The translations under genes were made by a program, and so were the position numbers. 45,566 bases of DNA, from positions 1 to 45,566 of the IMG/VR virus record IMGVR_UViG_3300033406_000373. One strand, given 5' to 3'. The notes beneath the pieces are model-generated. The model had not been told where the DNA came from and made no database searches. It worked only from the letters and a program-made list of their open reading frames with translations. Source of the stretch: a virus. Taxonomy: Duplodnaviria; Caudoviricetes. Within the stretch, counting starts at the first letter, position 1; the number at the start of each line of letters is the position of its first letter. Below, piece by piece: positions 1 through 8,710 of this stretch.

Positions 1-618
1 TTAATACGAATACCTTAATCCTATTTTTGCTTTATCATGTTCGAAATCATAACCGGCAGCAACACCAACAAACTTGCCATCCTTACTTATTCGCCGGCTA
101 ACATCAGCAGTTATCTCATTGATCTTGAATCTACCCACGTCGTACCCGGGATAGATATTGTATCCGTGAATAACCTTCTTGTAAGCAAATACATTATACT
201 GATTAAGATTAACCGGGGTATTTGCCGGCAACTTTTCAATCTCTTTCAAATTAACCTGCTTGTCCGGTTGCTTGGGATCGGTAACAATAGCAAAGTCGGC
301 GCCAGATTTTTTCCTTTCAACTTCAATTGTCTTAGTAACCTCATAAGGTACAGTCTGAATTATCGTATTTGGCGGCTTATTTTTTAGCGCTGCAATTTGT
401 GCGGCCGCTTCGTCAAGTTGTGACTGCAACATATTTATATGAGCGTTCTTCGCGGCTAATTCTACGCCTGCCGGTGTTTCGGCTTGCTGCTGTGATTCGC
501 CTGTGACCGGCTGCGGTTGGTGGAAGTGCTGCCAAATAAAATAGCCAGCAGCCACCAATAAAATAACGCCAAGCGCAATAAGCGCCTGGCGCCATGAAAC
601 ATTTTGTAATGTTATCAT
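1..618 (-). CDS. Membrane-anchored lysis-region protein, candidate spanin-like (N-terminal TM, coiled coil, C-terminal beta-strands)
   Basis: ATG at 618 overlaps the upstream TGA (ATGA coupling); TM ALIALGVILLVAAGYFIW; heptad stretch; ends KIGLRYSY; last gene of the lysis cassette. Confidence 0.65.
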   Translation of the reverse strand: MITLQNVSWRQALIALGVILLVAAGYFIWQHFHQPQPVTGESQQQAETPAGVELAAKNAHINMLQSQLDEAAAQIAALKNKPPNTIIQTVPYEVTKTIEVERKKSGADFAIVTDPKQPDKQVNLKEIEKLPANTPVNLNQYNVFAYKKVIHGYNIYPGYDVGRFKINEITADVSRRISKDGKFVGVAAGYDFEHDKAKIGLRYSY

Positions 619-1130
619 GCCGCTACCCCCAATCGCTCGGCGTATGCAATGGCGCACTGCCGAGATTGCTCCGGCGTAAAGTAATTCCCAGGACATTCTC
701 CTGCGAAGTCAGGAAAAGCCACGCGTACTAACTCAACCTGAGCTCCGCTACACTGAATAGTGTGTTCTGAATTAAGCAATTGATCTACAAGCGCCGCAGC
801 ATGGTCTCCAAATATGTCATGCAATCCACTAACGATACAATCATCGACCCCGTACTGAGTGCCTACAAGATCAAATACTTTATTTACTACAGCCTGGCGT
901 TGTTCCTCACTGATCGGTAAACTGCTTACCTGTTTGATTTGGCAATTATCAAAGGCACTGCCATCCACTATTCGCACCGCTGGGCGCACAGCTTCAACGA
1001 TACGGTATTGACCTTCAATTTCAATACCGATGGCGGCATGGGCATAGTCTGAGTTAGTCGCTTCGCAGATTAGTTTTTCTAGAGCCGGATGCCGCCCGGT
1101 AGTTACATATATCAAATCCAGTGACAACAT
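615..1130 (-). CDS. Permuted papain-like NlpC/P60 amidase (YaeF/YiiX, C92-like)
   Basis: DLIYV...YAHAAIG...IVEA...G.QY...IQCS: His precedes the catalytic Cys, the permuted order. Confidence 0.8.
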   Translation of the reverse strand: MLSLDLIYVTTGRHPALEKLICEATNSDYAHAAIGIEIEGQYRIVEAVRPAVRIVDGSAFDNCQIKQVSSLPISEEQRQAVVNKVFDLVGTQYGVDDCIVSGLHDIFGDHAAALVDQLLNSEHTIQCSGAQVELVRVAFPDFAGECPGNYFTPEQSRQCAIAYAERLGVAA

Positions 1131-1133
1131 AAA

Positions 1134-1703
1134 TCATTCCTCCCTATAAAGAATGTTTCCATCAAATTCTCGGCCATCAATCTCTAGGCTATCGGTAAAC
1201 TGCCACATATACCCCTTAATATCGTCGGCATTACCCCATTGTGCATTCCAGACAGCACAACCAATGCTTCGCCAATCAATAAAATCTGTTAGCCAAGAAT
1301 ACGATGCGTAAACACCGCAATCTAAGCCTAGGTTATCAATAAACGCTTTGCACATAGCCGTAATTTCTTCAGGATCAAAAGCAAAATCATTGCGTTCTTT
1401 GTATCCGTCCGCGTCTTCCATATCGAAGAATATTGGTAGGTCTAAAGAAACACCTACACTTTCAATAGCTTCTCGGCAGTTAGCCGCTTCCTGAATTGCA
1501 TCTTCTACACTCAAAGCGTATGAATAATGATAAGCCCCAACCTTCAGGCCAACAGCTTTTGCTCCAGTTGCGTATTCAGCAAACCTATTGTCTTTCGATT
1601 GTAGACCGTATGAACTCCGCACAATTACAAACTCAATACCAGCATTCTTGACAGCCTGCCAATCAATGTCACCGTTATGATAAGATACATCAATACCTCT
1701 CAT
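1134..1703 (-). CDS. Endolysin, GH25 muramidase (catalytic domain only)
   Basis: GIDVSYHNG, GAYHYSY, DMED and WQFT motifs; 189 aa with no cell-wall-binding domain. Confidence 0.95.
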   Translation of the reverse strand: MRGIDVSYHNGDIDWQAVKNAGIEFVIVRSSYGLQSKDNRFAEYATGAKAVGLKVGAYHYSYALSVEDAIQEAANCREAIESVGVSLDLPIFFDMEDADGYKERNDFAFDPEEITAMCKAFIDNLGLDCGVYASYSWLTDFIDWRSIGCAVWNAQWGNADDIKGYMWQFTDSLEIDGREFDGNILYREE

Positions 1704-2224
1704 TATTTCATCCCTCCTAATTTATTTCTGATAAATGCCAATAGAGGATCCAAGCTTTGAACCCCTGCATCTCTAAGATTTTCGATAATTGATATAGCTT
1801 CAGTTGCGGCCAAATAGTACCAAGACGCTTTCAAAAATACACCATTGCCTCCAGCCATAACATCAATATGCACTGCTGCAGCAACTAGAACCATATAAAG
1901 TATCAACTTTCCAGCAAACTTCGTTTTCATCATTTCGCTTGTTATATAGCGCTTCTTGAAAGCAGTTGGCATAGCCTTAATACACTGCCAAAGCCCAGCC
2001 CGTTCTTGACATACTCCCTCATCAACCAAGCAATTATATGATAAAGACATCCATTTTGTTGAAAGATCAATCAAGATTAGCACGATAAATGCGATTAAGG
2101 CAGTTCCTTGATTACCAAATGCAAATGCAAGTGCGCCGGCCGCGGTTGCTTTTACTGGAGCCACATCTACAATTGATATTGCGGCACCCTTTGCCGCTTT
2201 AAAAACATTGTCCCAAATTTCCAA
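1703..2224 (-). CDS. Holin (phage holin family 4-like)
   Basis: Several hydrophobic helices, EAISIIENLRDAG motif, directly upstream of the endolysin; TTG start with GGGGTGGGG RBS. Confidence 0.9.
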   Translation of the reverse strand: MEIWDNVFKAAKGAAISIVDVAPVKATAAGALAFAFGNQGTALIAFIVLILIDLSTKWMSLSYNCLVDEGVCQERAGLWQCIKAMPTAFKKRYITSEMMKTKFAGKLILYMVLVAAAVHIDVMAGGNGVFLKASWYYLAATEAISIIENLRDAGVQSLDPLLAFIRNKLGGMK

Positions 2225-2293
2225 ATCCCCACCCCCATTTAATTACATACATTCTTAAAAGTTATAAAAATAAACGCCCCTGATTACAGGCAT

Positions 2294-2316
2294 AAAAAAA
2301 GAGCCCATTGGCCCTT
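2294..2316 (-). terminator. Intrinsic terminator between tail fibre genes and holin
   Basis: Minus strand AAGGGCC-AATG-GGCTCTT followed by a T run. Confidence 0.6.
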
Positions 2317-2480
2317 GCTTCTTTAAACACTCCCGGCAATCACCTTATGTCACCAGAAAAGCCCTTTTATGATATTGCACAGCAGTATATAACTTTTTTC
2401 CGCAGAAAATAGCCCTGCTTGAAATTGTTTCATCCGGATTGCCGCCAAGTAACGCATTATTCAACTGTTCCGATATATTT
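2317..2480 (-). pseudogene. Remnant of a small phage tail-region gene (LLGGxPDETISSRA family)
   Basis: EQLNNALLGGNPDETISSRA motif present with no start or RBS after the upstream stop; premature TAA. Confidence 0.55.
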
Positions 2481-3026
2481 TTAAGTAGCCGGCCATGTAA
2501 CCGCCTGCACCTCCTCGGCTGTTGCAGCGGCCTCGATTTGCTCACGCAGTCGCCTGGCCGTTTGGTGTAGACTATCGCTGTACTGTGCCAAGGCTACTGA
2601 CATACCAACCGTCTGCGCTGCAATCATGGTAAGTACGGAATTATCTTGGCAAGTCCAATCCAAAGTGAATTCCATTCCAGCACTAATCGCTATCTGGGCA
2701 GCTTGCACAGCAATGGAGATGCGTGTCACAGATTTTTCGTCACTATCTAATACCTTTCCGAGATACGGAACACCCGCCTGTTCTCTCCGGTCACGTTCGG
2801 CTTTAATTTCATCCCACTTGGAGTCTTTTTGCTGTGCCAATGTAGGGCCAACTGGTGTGATTTTTTCCGGATTACCATCTGCACTCTTCTGATATTGTCG
2901 GGTGCAGTATTTATCAAACTCTTCCTTGGACACGCTTTCTACATCATCAGGAATAACTGGATTTATTTCGGCGATATAGCACTGCTGTACTGTACCATCC
3001 TGATTAAAAAGCACATAATACTTCAC
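2481..3026 (-). CDS. DUF4376-like tail fibre-associated/assembly protein
   Basis: KWDEIKAERDRRE..G......DSDEKS...WTCQDNS pattern; follows the fibre gene; GTG start with RBS. Confidence 0.8.
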   Translation of the reverse strand: MKYYVLFNQDGTVQQCYIAEINPVIPDDVESVSKEEFDKYCTRQYQKSADGNPEKITPVGPTLAQQKDSKWDEIKAERDRREQAGVPYLGKVLDSDEKSVTRISIAVQAAQIAISAGMEFTLDWTCQDNSVLTMIAAQTVGMSVALAQYSDSLHQTARRLREQIEAAATAEEVQAVTWPAT

Positions 3027-3038
3027 GTTAGTTCCCCC

Positions 3039-4499
3039 TTATCTTCCTTTTGCGAACCATTTAGCGTTTCCCGTTCCACTAGCGCAAGCGGCGGTAAATC
3101 CAGTAAGTGTTTGGCTAATACACTCTATCGCATCATTACTCCCGGAGATACTGGCAGTGACGTTAGCACCAACAAAATTAACGGCATTAGGAAATGGAAT
3201 AGAGAATACCACCGCTATACCAGCAGCACTTACTGAAGTTGTACCCCATTGCTCAATATGGCCGTCTGGATATTTCATTCCGCCATTTGTATCGTTTCCC
3301 CATGATTCATAATCTGTATAATTGACTTTCCCAACCACCTCATTAGCCAAGGCGGTAATATCAATCAGTGCCTGGTTCGTTGGCGCATCAAAAGCTTTTA
3401 CACAGTACAACATAGCAATTGATTTTGGGCGAGTTGACCCTGAAAATGCAGATAATGTTTGCGAACTAGCCAAGCTAGCTGCTACCCCGTAAGCTGTAAC
3501 ACCACTATAATTTGCGGCGTTAATAGCGTCCATGCCAAACAACTCAGCATTCCCACCTCCGCCATCAGCACCATAGCCTAATATTACTCTTCCGTCAGAT
3601 GAACCGGTTGAGTCAAATCCAGTTATTGAGCCTTTTCGCCAAGTTCCTGGCAGCTTTGTACTATCACTGCCACAAACAAAGTCAACAATGCGTGGTAATC
3701 TGAATGTAGTTGCACCGTCACCGCTACTGTAAGCACCGATTGACGTCTGGACTGCTGCTTGCGCTTGCCATTCCGCTTCTGTTATTAGTGGTGCATTTGC
3801 TTGTACCCATGCCCAAAGCTGCGAATATGTTGTGCGACTTACTAAAGCACCAGTGTCTAAGGCAAGCCAACCAGCGGGAACTGCAGTTACAAGCCAAGGC
3901 ATAATTGAACCTATTGGCATACCAGTCTTTTCAATCATTTCCCTAATATCTTCGTGAGCGCTTGTATTGGTATTGTGTTCATTAAAAGCTTCAGGATGGG
4001 CTGTTGTGCTTACTTTATGTTCATCAAATTCAGCTTTTGACACATATATAATGCTGCCGTCCCTAACAATTGAAACGCTACTTGCATTACCGACAATCAA
4101 ATAAATATCAATGATTTGTTCATCAATCGGTGTAGTCTTGTCCGGAATGTAATCAGTCAGGTTGCCGGCATTGGTATAAGCATAAAGTTGCTCTGCGCCG
4201 GTTGCGCCTATCTTGGCGTAAATGCCAAGTTCTCTAGCAAAAAAGCCGGTTGCCAAACTACCATTAGAAATTGCAAAACGGAGCCTAACTTGACCACCGC
4301 CATCATTTGTATATGATTCTGGTGGAACTGTAAGCTTCGGACTTTTAATAGCCGTTAATACTTTGACATCTTCGCCGATTGTTAACGTTCCATCGCCTAT
4401 TTTTAAGCTAGTAAAGATTAGTGCCGCACTCGATGCTTGTGATTCGGCAATCATGTTTAAACCAGCATTTGTTAGGGTTATACCCGGGAATTGTGCCAT
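3039..4499 (-). CDS. Tail fibre (DUF3751-like N-terminus, tail collar domain, C-terminal gp53/H-lectin-like domain)
   Basis: LTNAG..., GFFARELGIYA, collar PIGSI..W...VPAGWL...TTFRLP, C-terminal PDGHIEQWG...FSIPFPN. Confidence 0.9.
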   Translation of the reverse strand: MAQFPGITLTNAGLNMIAESQASSAALIFTSLKIGDGTLTIGEDVKVLTAIKSPKLTVPPESYTNDGGGQVRLRFAISNGSLATGFFARELGIYAKIGATGAEQLYAYTNAGNLTDYIPDKTTPIDEQIIDIYLIVGNASSVSIVRDGSIIYVSKAEFDEHKVSTTAHPEAFNEHNTNTSAHEDIREMIEKTGMPIGSIMPWLVTAVPAGWLALDTGALVSRTTYSQLWAWVQANAPLITEAEWQAQAAVQTSIGAYSSGDGATTFRLPRIVDFVCGSDSTKLPGTWRKGSITGFDSTGSSDGRVILGYGADGGGGNAELFGMDAINAANYSGVTAYGVAASLASSQTLSAFSGSTRPKSIAMLYCVKAFDAPTNQALIDITALANEVVGKVNYTDYESWGNDTNGGMKYPDGHIEQWGTTSVSAAGIAVVFSIPFPNAVNFVGANVTASISGSNDAIECISQTLTGFTAACASGTGNAKWFAKGR

Positions 4500-4503
4500 C
4501 TTA

Positions 4504-5133
4504 TCAACTCCTTATTGTTATGTGTACCATTCGCTTCACGCTGCCGCCAAATGTATATTGGGCAGTTGTCGTATTCTCCACTATGAAGTTATTAATCGTT
4601 TTTACTGTGATGTGCTTATATTGTTGCATTGCACAACCGGCATATAGATTCATATTAGCCGTTTGGGTATTACTAACATTGATTGTAAGGTTCGCAGGGA
4701 TGATTACACGTAGAAACGTTCGCATTTCCTTGGTCCGCGCAACGATACTCGCCACTACGTCTACCCATAAAGCATAATCATTGTAACTAATGGAAACCGC
4801 GGTTTTACCTTCCCCGTATGTTGCTGCCAGCATATTTTCGAGCTGCCGGTAGGTATAAGGCAATTGTGAATTAATTTTAGCCAAAATCCGCCGACGCCGT
4901 GTCCCTAAATCATCATTTTCCTTGGGGCGTAACTTCAACATGCTTTCCCAGCGCGCTGCGCCAGTTTCGTCAATATAATAAACGAACGTATTTAAAAACA
5001 GCTGCCACAATCGCTGCCAAACCAAGTTCAATTCCGGATTTACGACTTCGGCAATTGCCTTGAATTCCTGGGCCGGAACCATGACGGACGGATAGTAGCG
5101 TTCCACATGGACATCACGAATTAATTCATCCAT
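4504..5133 (-). CDS. Baseplate protein, XkdU/DUF2313-like
   Basis: G.ARWE.ML......DL..RR.RI.AK and IIPANL motifs; follows baseplate J. Confidence 0.85.
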   Translation of the reverse strand: MDELIRDVHVERYYPSVMVPAQEFKAIAEVVNPELNLVWQRLWQLFLNTFVYYIDETGAARWESMLKLRPKENDDLGTRRRRILAKINSQLPYTYRQLENMLAATYGEGKTAVSISYNDYALWVDVVASIVARTKEMRTFLRVIIPANLTINVSNTQTANMNLYAGCAMQQYKHITVKTINNFIVENTTTAQYTFGGSVKRMVHITIRS

Positions 5134-6220
5134 TGGCTATCACACCCCGGACCGCCAATTCATCCACGCCTAAAATCAGGTTTTCCTCAACACTGTTTAA
5201 CGTCGTGTGCTGGATATCAACTATACCCTCAATATTTAGGAGCCTGCTTTCGATTTGCGATATTCGTACTACCAATCCGGTATTGCTGTAATTATCAATT
5301 TCGGCAACTTGGGTGGACTGCCAGTTTTTGTTGAGTTCGTCAAAATAGGTGTCAATAATGGCTTCGACATCTGTTTTATAGTCATCATAGGTACCGGTAG
5401 AAAAGGTCAGATGCAAACCAATATTAATCTGCGAATCCATAACGCCCAGTACTGTGACGATATGACCAATTGGTGCAACTCCAAGACCTTTCCCTTGATT
5501 GGGTATAGGGTCCACAAGGGTTTGTACTTCGCTGATAAAATCTACAGAAGGTACTTTATATTCCGTGGTCATAAACGCAAGCCGGACGGTACCGCCCCCC
5601 TGCCATACCGGATACACTTTAACGCCGCCTACACCCTGAATTTTATTGACCTTCTCGCGGTAATCGGCAATATTGCCGCCATATGCCTGACTATTGAAAC
5701 TGGCAAAATACCGAGATCGGAATACTTCCGTCGCTTCCTCATTTTCGCCGGGAACCGTGACCTCTGATAAGCTTGCGGTCTGAAGACCGGCTACATAGTC
5801 AATCGGAATGATTTGACCTTCCGGTTTATTCCCCACTATGCCAGCTGTCTCACAGAGCAAAAAATATACGCCGTCACTGATTTTTTCAGTAACCGCGTAA
5901 TTCACATCATCATAAGAAAAGCGGGTGCCAATAGGGATATTCAAATTGCCTGGGGTGAAACTGCCTTTGACCTTTGCATAAGTGGCCAAGTCTGGAGATA
6001 ACCCACGCTCTTTTGCACGTTCTATTAACCAGGCTCTTTCGGCCGTATCCCCGAACGTATTTTTCAAGAAAAAATCAGCCATAGCGTATAACAGCATAAC
6101 TTCTATCGCCGTTGGCATACAGCTGTCATAGATAATAGCACCTTCACGCTTATCAAAGCTTGACGAAACACTTTTCATCATTCGGGCAAAAATAACTTCT
6201 TCTGTTTGAGCCTCATACAT
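5126..6220 (-). CDS. xkdT: Baseplate J-like wedge protein (XkdT)
   Basis: DKREGAIIYD, GGNIADY, VYPVWQGGGTV, APIGH motifs. Confidence 0.93.
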   Translation of the reverse strand: MYEAQTEEVIFARMMKSVSSSFDKREGAIIYDSCMPTAIEVMLLYAMADFFLKNTFGDTAERAWLIERAKERGLSPDLATYAKVKGSFTPGNLNIPIGTRFSYDDVNYAVTEKISDGVYFLLCETAGIVGNKPEGQIIPIDYVAGLQTASLSEVTVPGENEEATEVFRSRYFASFNSQAYGGNIADYREKVNKIQGVGGVKVYPVWQGGGTVRLAFMTTEYKVPSVDFISEVQTLVDPIPNQGKGLGVAPIGHIVTVLGVMDSQINIGLHLTFSTGTYDDYKTDVEAIIDTYFDELNKNWQSTQVAEIDNYSNTGLVVRISQIESRLLNIEGIVDIQHTTLNSVEENLILGVDELAVRGVIANG

Positions 6221-6630
6221 TACAGTATTCTCACCCCTTTCTGCATCTCGATTACACCGCTATTGGTAACAACTTTAAACTTGGCCAGTACATCACCTTT
6301 GTTATGACTAAGATCAAAATCCGTGACATCATTAATCCGGTCATCTTGGGTTAATGCCTCACGGATCCGGCGTGGCAGCTCTGAGAAGACATAAGGAATG
6401 GGCTTACCAAATAAATCTTGCAGCTCAATGCCATAATTCCAGCTATAGATTACATACTGGTATCGCTCGGTGTTCAATATTTTATAACAAGCTTGCTCGA
6501 CTGCCTCCAGATCATTGACCGTCCCCAGCACCTTTTCGTCATCAATGAGCATTTTATAAGATTTATTCGGCTGGACCTCAATAGTTAGTTCAGCACTCGT
6601 CGTGCTGGCCGTTTCAGGAAGTAAAGCCAT
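6220..6630 (-). CDS. xkdS: Baseplate wedge protein XkdS/DUF2634
   Basis: KILNTERYQYVIYSWNYGIEL...IREALTQDDRI. Confidence 0.9.
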   Translation of the reverse strand: MALLPETASTTSAELTIEVQPNKSYKMLIDDEKVLGTVNDLEAVEQACYKILNTERYQYVIYSWNYGIELQDLFGKPIPYVFSELPRRIREALTQDDRINDVTDFDLSHNKGDVLAKFKVVTNSGVIEMQKGVRIL

Positions 6631-6634
6631 TGTA

Positions 6635-7042
6635 TCACCCCCACTGGCCGCTTAAGTTCGTATGATTGAATACCCGGCTTAATACTACGAATTCTTGACC
6701 ACCTGCCTGCCTAATCAGGATAACCTGCTCGCCTTCATGCAAGGCGTTATATACCCGGATTTTCTTTCGCCCGGTGTAGTCGTGGTTGTGACTGGCAAAC
6801 GCCGGGTCACCACTGCCGCCGGCTCGGTTTTCCGTCGTGTGTAATACCTCAATATCAACGTCATAATCTCGCACAGCATCGGTGAGGATAAGAAATTCTT
6901 CTGTAATGGTTTCCTTTTGCTCAATCCGGATAGTAAGCGGAGAGGAAGTTTCCACAACTCCCAGGATATAATCTGACAGCTTACCCGCCTGCATGCTTTG
7001 ATCCATAAGAGCCTGCATAGTTTGTAGCAATGCTGTACTCAC
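6635..7042 (-). CDS. Baseplate spike-like protein XkdR/DUF2577
   Basis: G.V....PL.I, SHNH metal-tip motif, L..GE.V.LIR..GGQ.FVVL. Confidence 0.85.
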   Translation of the reverse strand: MSTALLQTMQALMDQSMQAGKLSDYILGVVETSSPLTIRIEQKETITEEFLILTDAVRDYDVDIEVLHTTENRAGGSGDPAFASHNHDYTGRKKIRVYNALHEGEQVILIRQAGGQEFVVLSRVFNHTNLSGQWG

Positions 7043-8013
7043 CCGGTAATCAAGCCTCCTCTCAAAGTTAAATCCATGATATGAAGATTGTTAAAGTATT
7101 TATGCTTGGCCGTCTCGACCAGCATCCACTTTCTATCAATGCTTACATCACCAAGATTTAAATTAACCATAACGCCTGACCCCGCCCGGACCCGATTATC
7201 ACCGGCTACGTTAGTAATGGATAAGGAACGGCGCACGCGGTTGTATAAACTCAAAAGTGAATCTGCCTTATGTACCGGATTTAATGACTTTTTAAGGTTA
7301 ATCGATTCACAAAGCTGCAGTATACCCCAAGATGCTTGTGTAGAGCTATCTTGTGAGATGTAGACATCGCGCTTCCCTTCGTCCTTGTTGTCAAAATAGA
7401 GTTTTATTTTATTGTAGGTTTCCTTATCGATACTTGACTCATAGTCAAAATCCTCGGCGGTCTCCGCATCTAACAAAATTTCAACATGCATGTTATCAAT
7501 ATCCTTGAGCATTAACCTGCCAAAGTCATCATAGAGAACATACATTTTTTTGTTGTTTTGCAAAGTATGATCCAGGGCGCTTTGAATGATATCAAAAAGC
7601 GCTTCATTACTACCGCGATATTTGGGAATGACATACCCAGTATCCTCGATTTGGCCAACCTGGAGTTGAAAGTCATCTGCCAAGTTACTTATGACTTCAC
7701 TAGCTTTCAGGTTCGTATAGCAGTAAATGTCCTTATTTTTAAGATACCGCAGTTGATCGTATGCCGTTACTGCAATCACACCATCTTTATCGCGCTTTTT
7801 GGTAAATACAAAACCTTTAAATACCTTGTCATCACCGTGCCACATACGGACAGGGTTACCCTCCTGAAAGTCCAGCAAATCATCTACGACAACACGAAAA
7901 GTAAGTTTTCCAGGAGCGCCCTTACGTGTAGTCTCCCATATCACACCATCGAGTACCGCTGGCTGCAGCATCTTCTGATTAATGTTTTCAATGAGAATTT
8001 TTACCTCAGCCAA
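7039..8013 (-). CDS. Baseplate hub protein XkdQ-like
   Basis: WETTRKGAPGKLTF, AYDQLRYLKNKD, WGILQ, RAG; TTG start at 8013 coupled to the upstream stop. Confidence 0.88.
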   Translation of the reverse strand: MAEVKILIENINQKMLQPAVLDGVIWETTRKGAPGKLTFRVVVDDLLDFQEGNPVRMWHGDDKVFKGFVFTKKRDKDGVIAVTAYDQLRYLKNKDIYCYTNLKASEVISNLADDFQLQVGQIEDTGYVIPKYRGSNEALFDIIQSALDHTLQNNKKMYVLYDDFGRLMLKDIDNMHVEILLDAETAEDFDYESSIDKETYNKIKLYFDNKDEGKRDVYISQDSSTQASWGILQLCESINLKKSLNPVHKADSLLSLYNRVRRSLSITNVAGDNRVRAGSGVMVNLNLGDVSIDRKWMLVETAKHKYFNNLHIMDLTLRGGLITG

Positions 8014-8710
8014 GACGCAACACCGATCCTTTAAGAATATTACCAACCGGATTTGACAGACCGTTTAAACCTGCTATTGTTCGCCAGTTTACGCTACCTC
8101 CCGATATTCGCTTGCAGGCTTCCCATATAGATTGTTCATTTCTAATTTGGTATGCCTTAGGAACTTCTTTAGTTGCCAGCCTAGTTTCCTTGACAGTATA
8201 GACTTCTTCGCCTTTCGCATTGGTTGTTTTCACCAGTTCTTTGGTTCCAAAAGGGCGATATTGTTTGAATCGCAGGGGTACAACCACGTCAAAACAGTTT
8301 TTTGCGTCTTCATTATTATTGTAATCTTCTAGCGTAACAAGAAGATTAGTATCACTGAGCATTGTAAATTGGGGCGACATCCGGACAATAATAAGACGAA
8401 ATGGATTTCGCCCCGTTTTCATTTCCTTAAAAGATGACATGAAATAATCGGCCTTTTTAAAGCTAAAGCTGCTGCCTAAAAGACTAGACCCTAACGAATC
8501 TATCAACGATGTGTCATAATTTGCAAATGGATAGCTGACATTCGGCAACCTGGCATCAAAGCTGATCTCGGTTAGTCCGGGTGTTTTGATAATATTGACT
8601 TCGCCTTCGTTAATGAGGTTAATGGTCCTGTTCTTATTATTGATTTTCAGATTCATTTTTTCCGGTGGAACCGGCAGCATTACATCGTTTAGAAAAAAGT
8701 AATAAGCCAT
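8006..8710 (-). CDS. Tail tube initiator XkdP-like with degenerate LysM
   Basis: LPVPPEK, GEVNIIK, C-terminal LysM-like IW..CK....W..IA.LN.L.NP. Confidence 0.85.
   Translation of the reverse strand: MAYYFFLNDVMLPVPPEKMNLKINNKNRTINLINEGEVNIIKTPGLTEISFDARLPNVSYPFANYDTSLIDSLGSSLLGSSFSFKKADYFMSSFKEMKTGRNPFRLIIVRMSPQFTMLSDTNLLVTLEDYNNNEDAKNCFDVVVPLRFKQYRPFGTKELVKTTNAKGEEVYTVKETRLATKEVPKAYQIRNEQSIWEACKRISGGSVNWRTIAGLNGLSNPVGNILKGSVLRLG

Noticed and set aside
619-696. N-terminal extension of the 1..696 ORF
   Set aside because: Overlaps the upstream amidase gene; ATG at 618 has ATGA coupling and directly precedes the TM helix
2345-2545. 66-aa ORF as an intact gene
   Set aside because: Its start lies inside the DUF4376 gene without an RBS; only the middle motif looks genuine, so it is treated as a remnant
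3039-4499. Diversity-generating retroelement or invertible fibre cassette
   Set aside because: No reverse transcriptase, invertase, or duplicated template/variable repeat seen
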